From: Macrostomum lignano
Lineage: Eukaryota
Reading direction: 5' to 3'
Assembly: GCA_002269645.1 (NCBI GenBank)
Contig: NIVC01002059.1
Location: 62,001-126,000, forward strand
Length of the DNA stretch: 64,000 bases
In this document: positions 62,606 through 64,000 of the stretch, one piece after another
Numbering within the stretch: the first letter of the stretch is position 1
Layout: each line of letters starts with the position of its first letter
The notes under the pieces: model-generated
What the model saw: the letters and a program-made list of their open reading frames with translations, nothing else
Databases searched by the model: none
What the model was told of the DNA's origin: nothing
Made by a program: the position numbers and the translations under genes

Positions 62606-64000
62606 TCAGTCCGACAGGGTCAGCAGGTCGAAGGAGATCTGAGTGGCCAGCCCCAGCAGCCTGTCGTCTTCATCGCCCCGCAGCAGGCGGTCCGGCTGGT
62701 TTTTCAGCTGAAAATACTGCAGCATGGTGGGCAGCAGGTTCTCCGTGCCCTGCGGCAGCTGGTTCGCGCGCTCCAGGTACCGCACGATCGACACCGTTGA
62801 CTCCGACAGCGGCGTCGCTGACGAAGCAGATGCGGACGACGTCTGCTGCTGGCTGAGACCGAGCCGCAGCGACTCCGTGAAGACGGCCGGCTCCTCCCGG
62901 CTGAGCCTCGATCCGAGCAGCGCCCGCAGCAGGTCCAGCAGGCGGTCCTGCAGACCCGCGCCTTTGGCGAAGGCCTCCTGCCGGACGCCGCTGTCGCCGT
63001 AACGCAGCGCCAGCTCGCGCAGCGCCGAGTTGACGCAGAACGACAGATCCGGCTGGCGCCGGTGCTCGCCGGTCATGCTGACGTCCTCGGCCAGGTATTC
63101 GCCGAGCTTCAGCACGAATTTGGCCGCCCGGCACAGCAGTGGCAGCGGGTCGTGGCAGCCGCGGCTGCGGCTCAGCGCCCATCGGCGCTCCTCCAGCGCC
63201 AGCCGGAGCAGCCGCGGCTCTCCGGCGCCCAGCAGGAGGTGGCCGCGCAGCTGCCGCTGCTCCGCCTCGGGCGGCCCGCCGACCATCAACAGCACGGGGA
63301 CGCCGAACCAGACGTTGACGCCGCAGAGGCGGGCGGCGGCATCGTCCGGCCCCCGCCAGGCCAGGTTGAGCCGCAGCCGCTTGGGCTGGGCGGCCTCCGC
63401 AGGCCAGTCCCGTCCGGCCTGGCGCCACCAGCCGAGCTCGCGGCTTGGCGTCAAGCGACTCCGCCAGCCGGCACCGCCGCGCTGCTGTTCGAGCAGGCCG
63501 AGCGCTCGCTGCAGCACGGCGGTTTCGATGGCGGACGCGCAGGCCCGGTGCGGCGCGGATGCTTCAACCAGCTGGGCCGGGCCGGCTGCGCGGTGCCGCA
63601 CGACGACTCCGTTGGCCCGGCCCGGTGCCAGCTGGCACAGGCAGAGGCGGCTGGCGCGGGCCCAGCCGGGCAGGTTGACCACAAAGTCCAGCACGGGGAA
63701 TTCGCTGGTCAGCGCCGTCTCCTGAGCCCAGCCGCCGATTAGGGTGACGGAGGCGTCGCCGAACACTGCGGGCAGCTCGGCGCTCAGCTGACAGCTGACC
63801 AGCTCGCTGAGGAAGCCGGCAACGTCGGCTACAAGACGGCTGGTGGGCTCTGATTGGTCGAAAGTGAGCGAGCCGTTGTCGTTTTGTAGCTCGTCAAAGA
63901 GGCTCTGCAGCACCGGACTGCCCCGCTCAGCTGCCCGAGTCACCGCGCCTGCCCACTCCGATGTGGTCGGGCCGACCTGCGGGCTCAGCCGAACGGACTC
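62606..64000 (-). CDS. 5'-partial ORF (open to the window edge), probable divergent Mab-21/cGAS-like nucleotidyltransferase fold (cGLR-like)
   Basis: The frame stays open for 57 nt beyond the annotated GTG to 64000. GGWAQETALTSEFPVLDFVVNL resembles cGAS GSYYEHVKISAPNEFDVMFKL; LRLALEERRWAL resembles WRLSFSxxEK; LCRAAKFVLK and a helical C-terminus fit Mab-21. The family call is by eye only. Confidence 0.5.
   Translation of the reverse strand, partial: ESVRLSPQVGPTTSEWAGAVTRAAERGSPVLQSLFDELQNDNGSLTFDQSEPTSRLVADVAGFLSELVSCQLSAELPAVFGDASVTLIGGWAQETALTSEFPVLDFVVNLPGWARASRLCLCQLAPGRANGVVVRHRAAGPAQLVEASAPHRACASAIETAVLQRALGLLEQQRGGAGWRSRLTPSRELGWWRQAGRDWPAEAAQPKRLRLNLAWRGPDDAAARLCGVNVWFGVPVLLMVGGPPEAEQRQLRGHLLLGAGEPRLLRLALEERRWALSRSRGCHDPLPLLCRAAKFVLKLGEYLAEDVSMTGEHRRQPDLSFCVNSALRELALRYGDSGVRQEAFAKGAGLQDRLLDLLRALLGSRLSREEPAVFTESLRLGLSQQQTSSASASSATPLSESTVSIVRYLERANQLPQGTENLLPTMLQYFQLKNQPDRLLRGDEDDRLLGLATQISFDLLTLSD

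Overview
Eukaryotic (animal) genomic DNA in the standard genetic code, with GC-rich exons separated by AT-rich, minisatellite-filled introns and spacers. The style suggests a free-living flatworm such as Macrostomum, but this is an inference and was not verified. I reconstructed five spliced genes by hand from GT-AG sites and reading phase: an SHB/SHD/SHE/SHF-type SH2 adaptor (-), an ADAP/centaurin-alpha ArfGAP with dual PH domains (+), mannose-6-phosphate isomerase MPI (+), the LRR scaffold SHOC2/Sur-8 (+) and NOMO (+). MPI and SHOC2 each carry a single -1 frameshift in the same GGCC(C)G context, most likely a consensus error. There is also an 83-aa single-pass membrane microprotein (+) and the 3' part of a divergent Mab-21/cGAS-like (cGLR-like) ORF (-) that runs off the window end. 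About 27 different tandem arrays cover roughly a third of the window, and 10 of the 11 introns contain one. Mobile-element content: hAT and mariner transposase fossils, several TIR elements with 8-bp TSDs, and tRNA-derived SINEs including a CORE(MIR)-like one. The most striking non-coding feature is a TSD-bounded hAT-type element whose 2.4-kb interior is a 25-bp minisatellite of E2F-like sites. A second satellite recurs at two loci behind the same ~200-bp leader.
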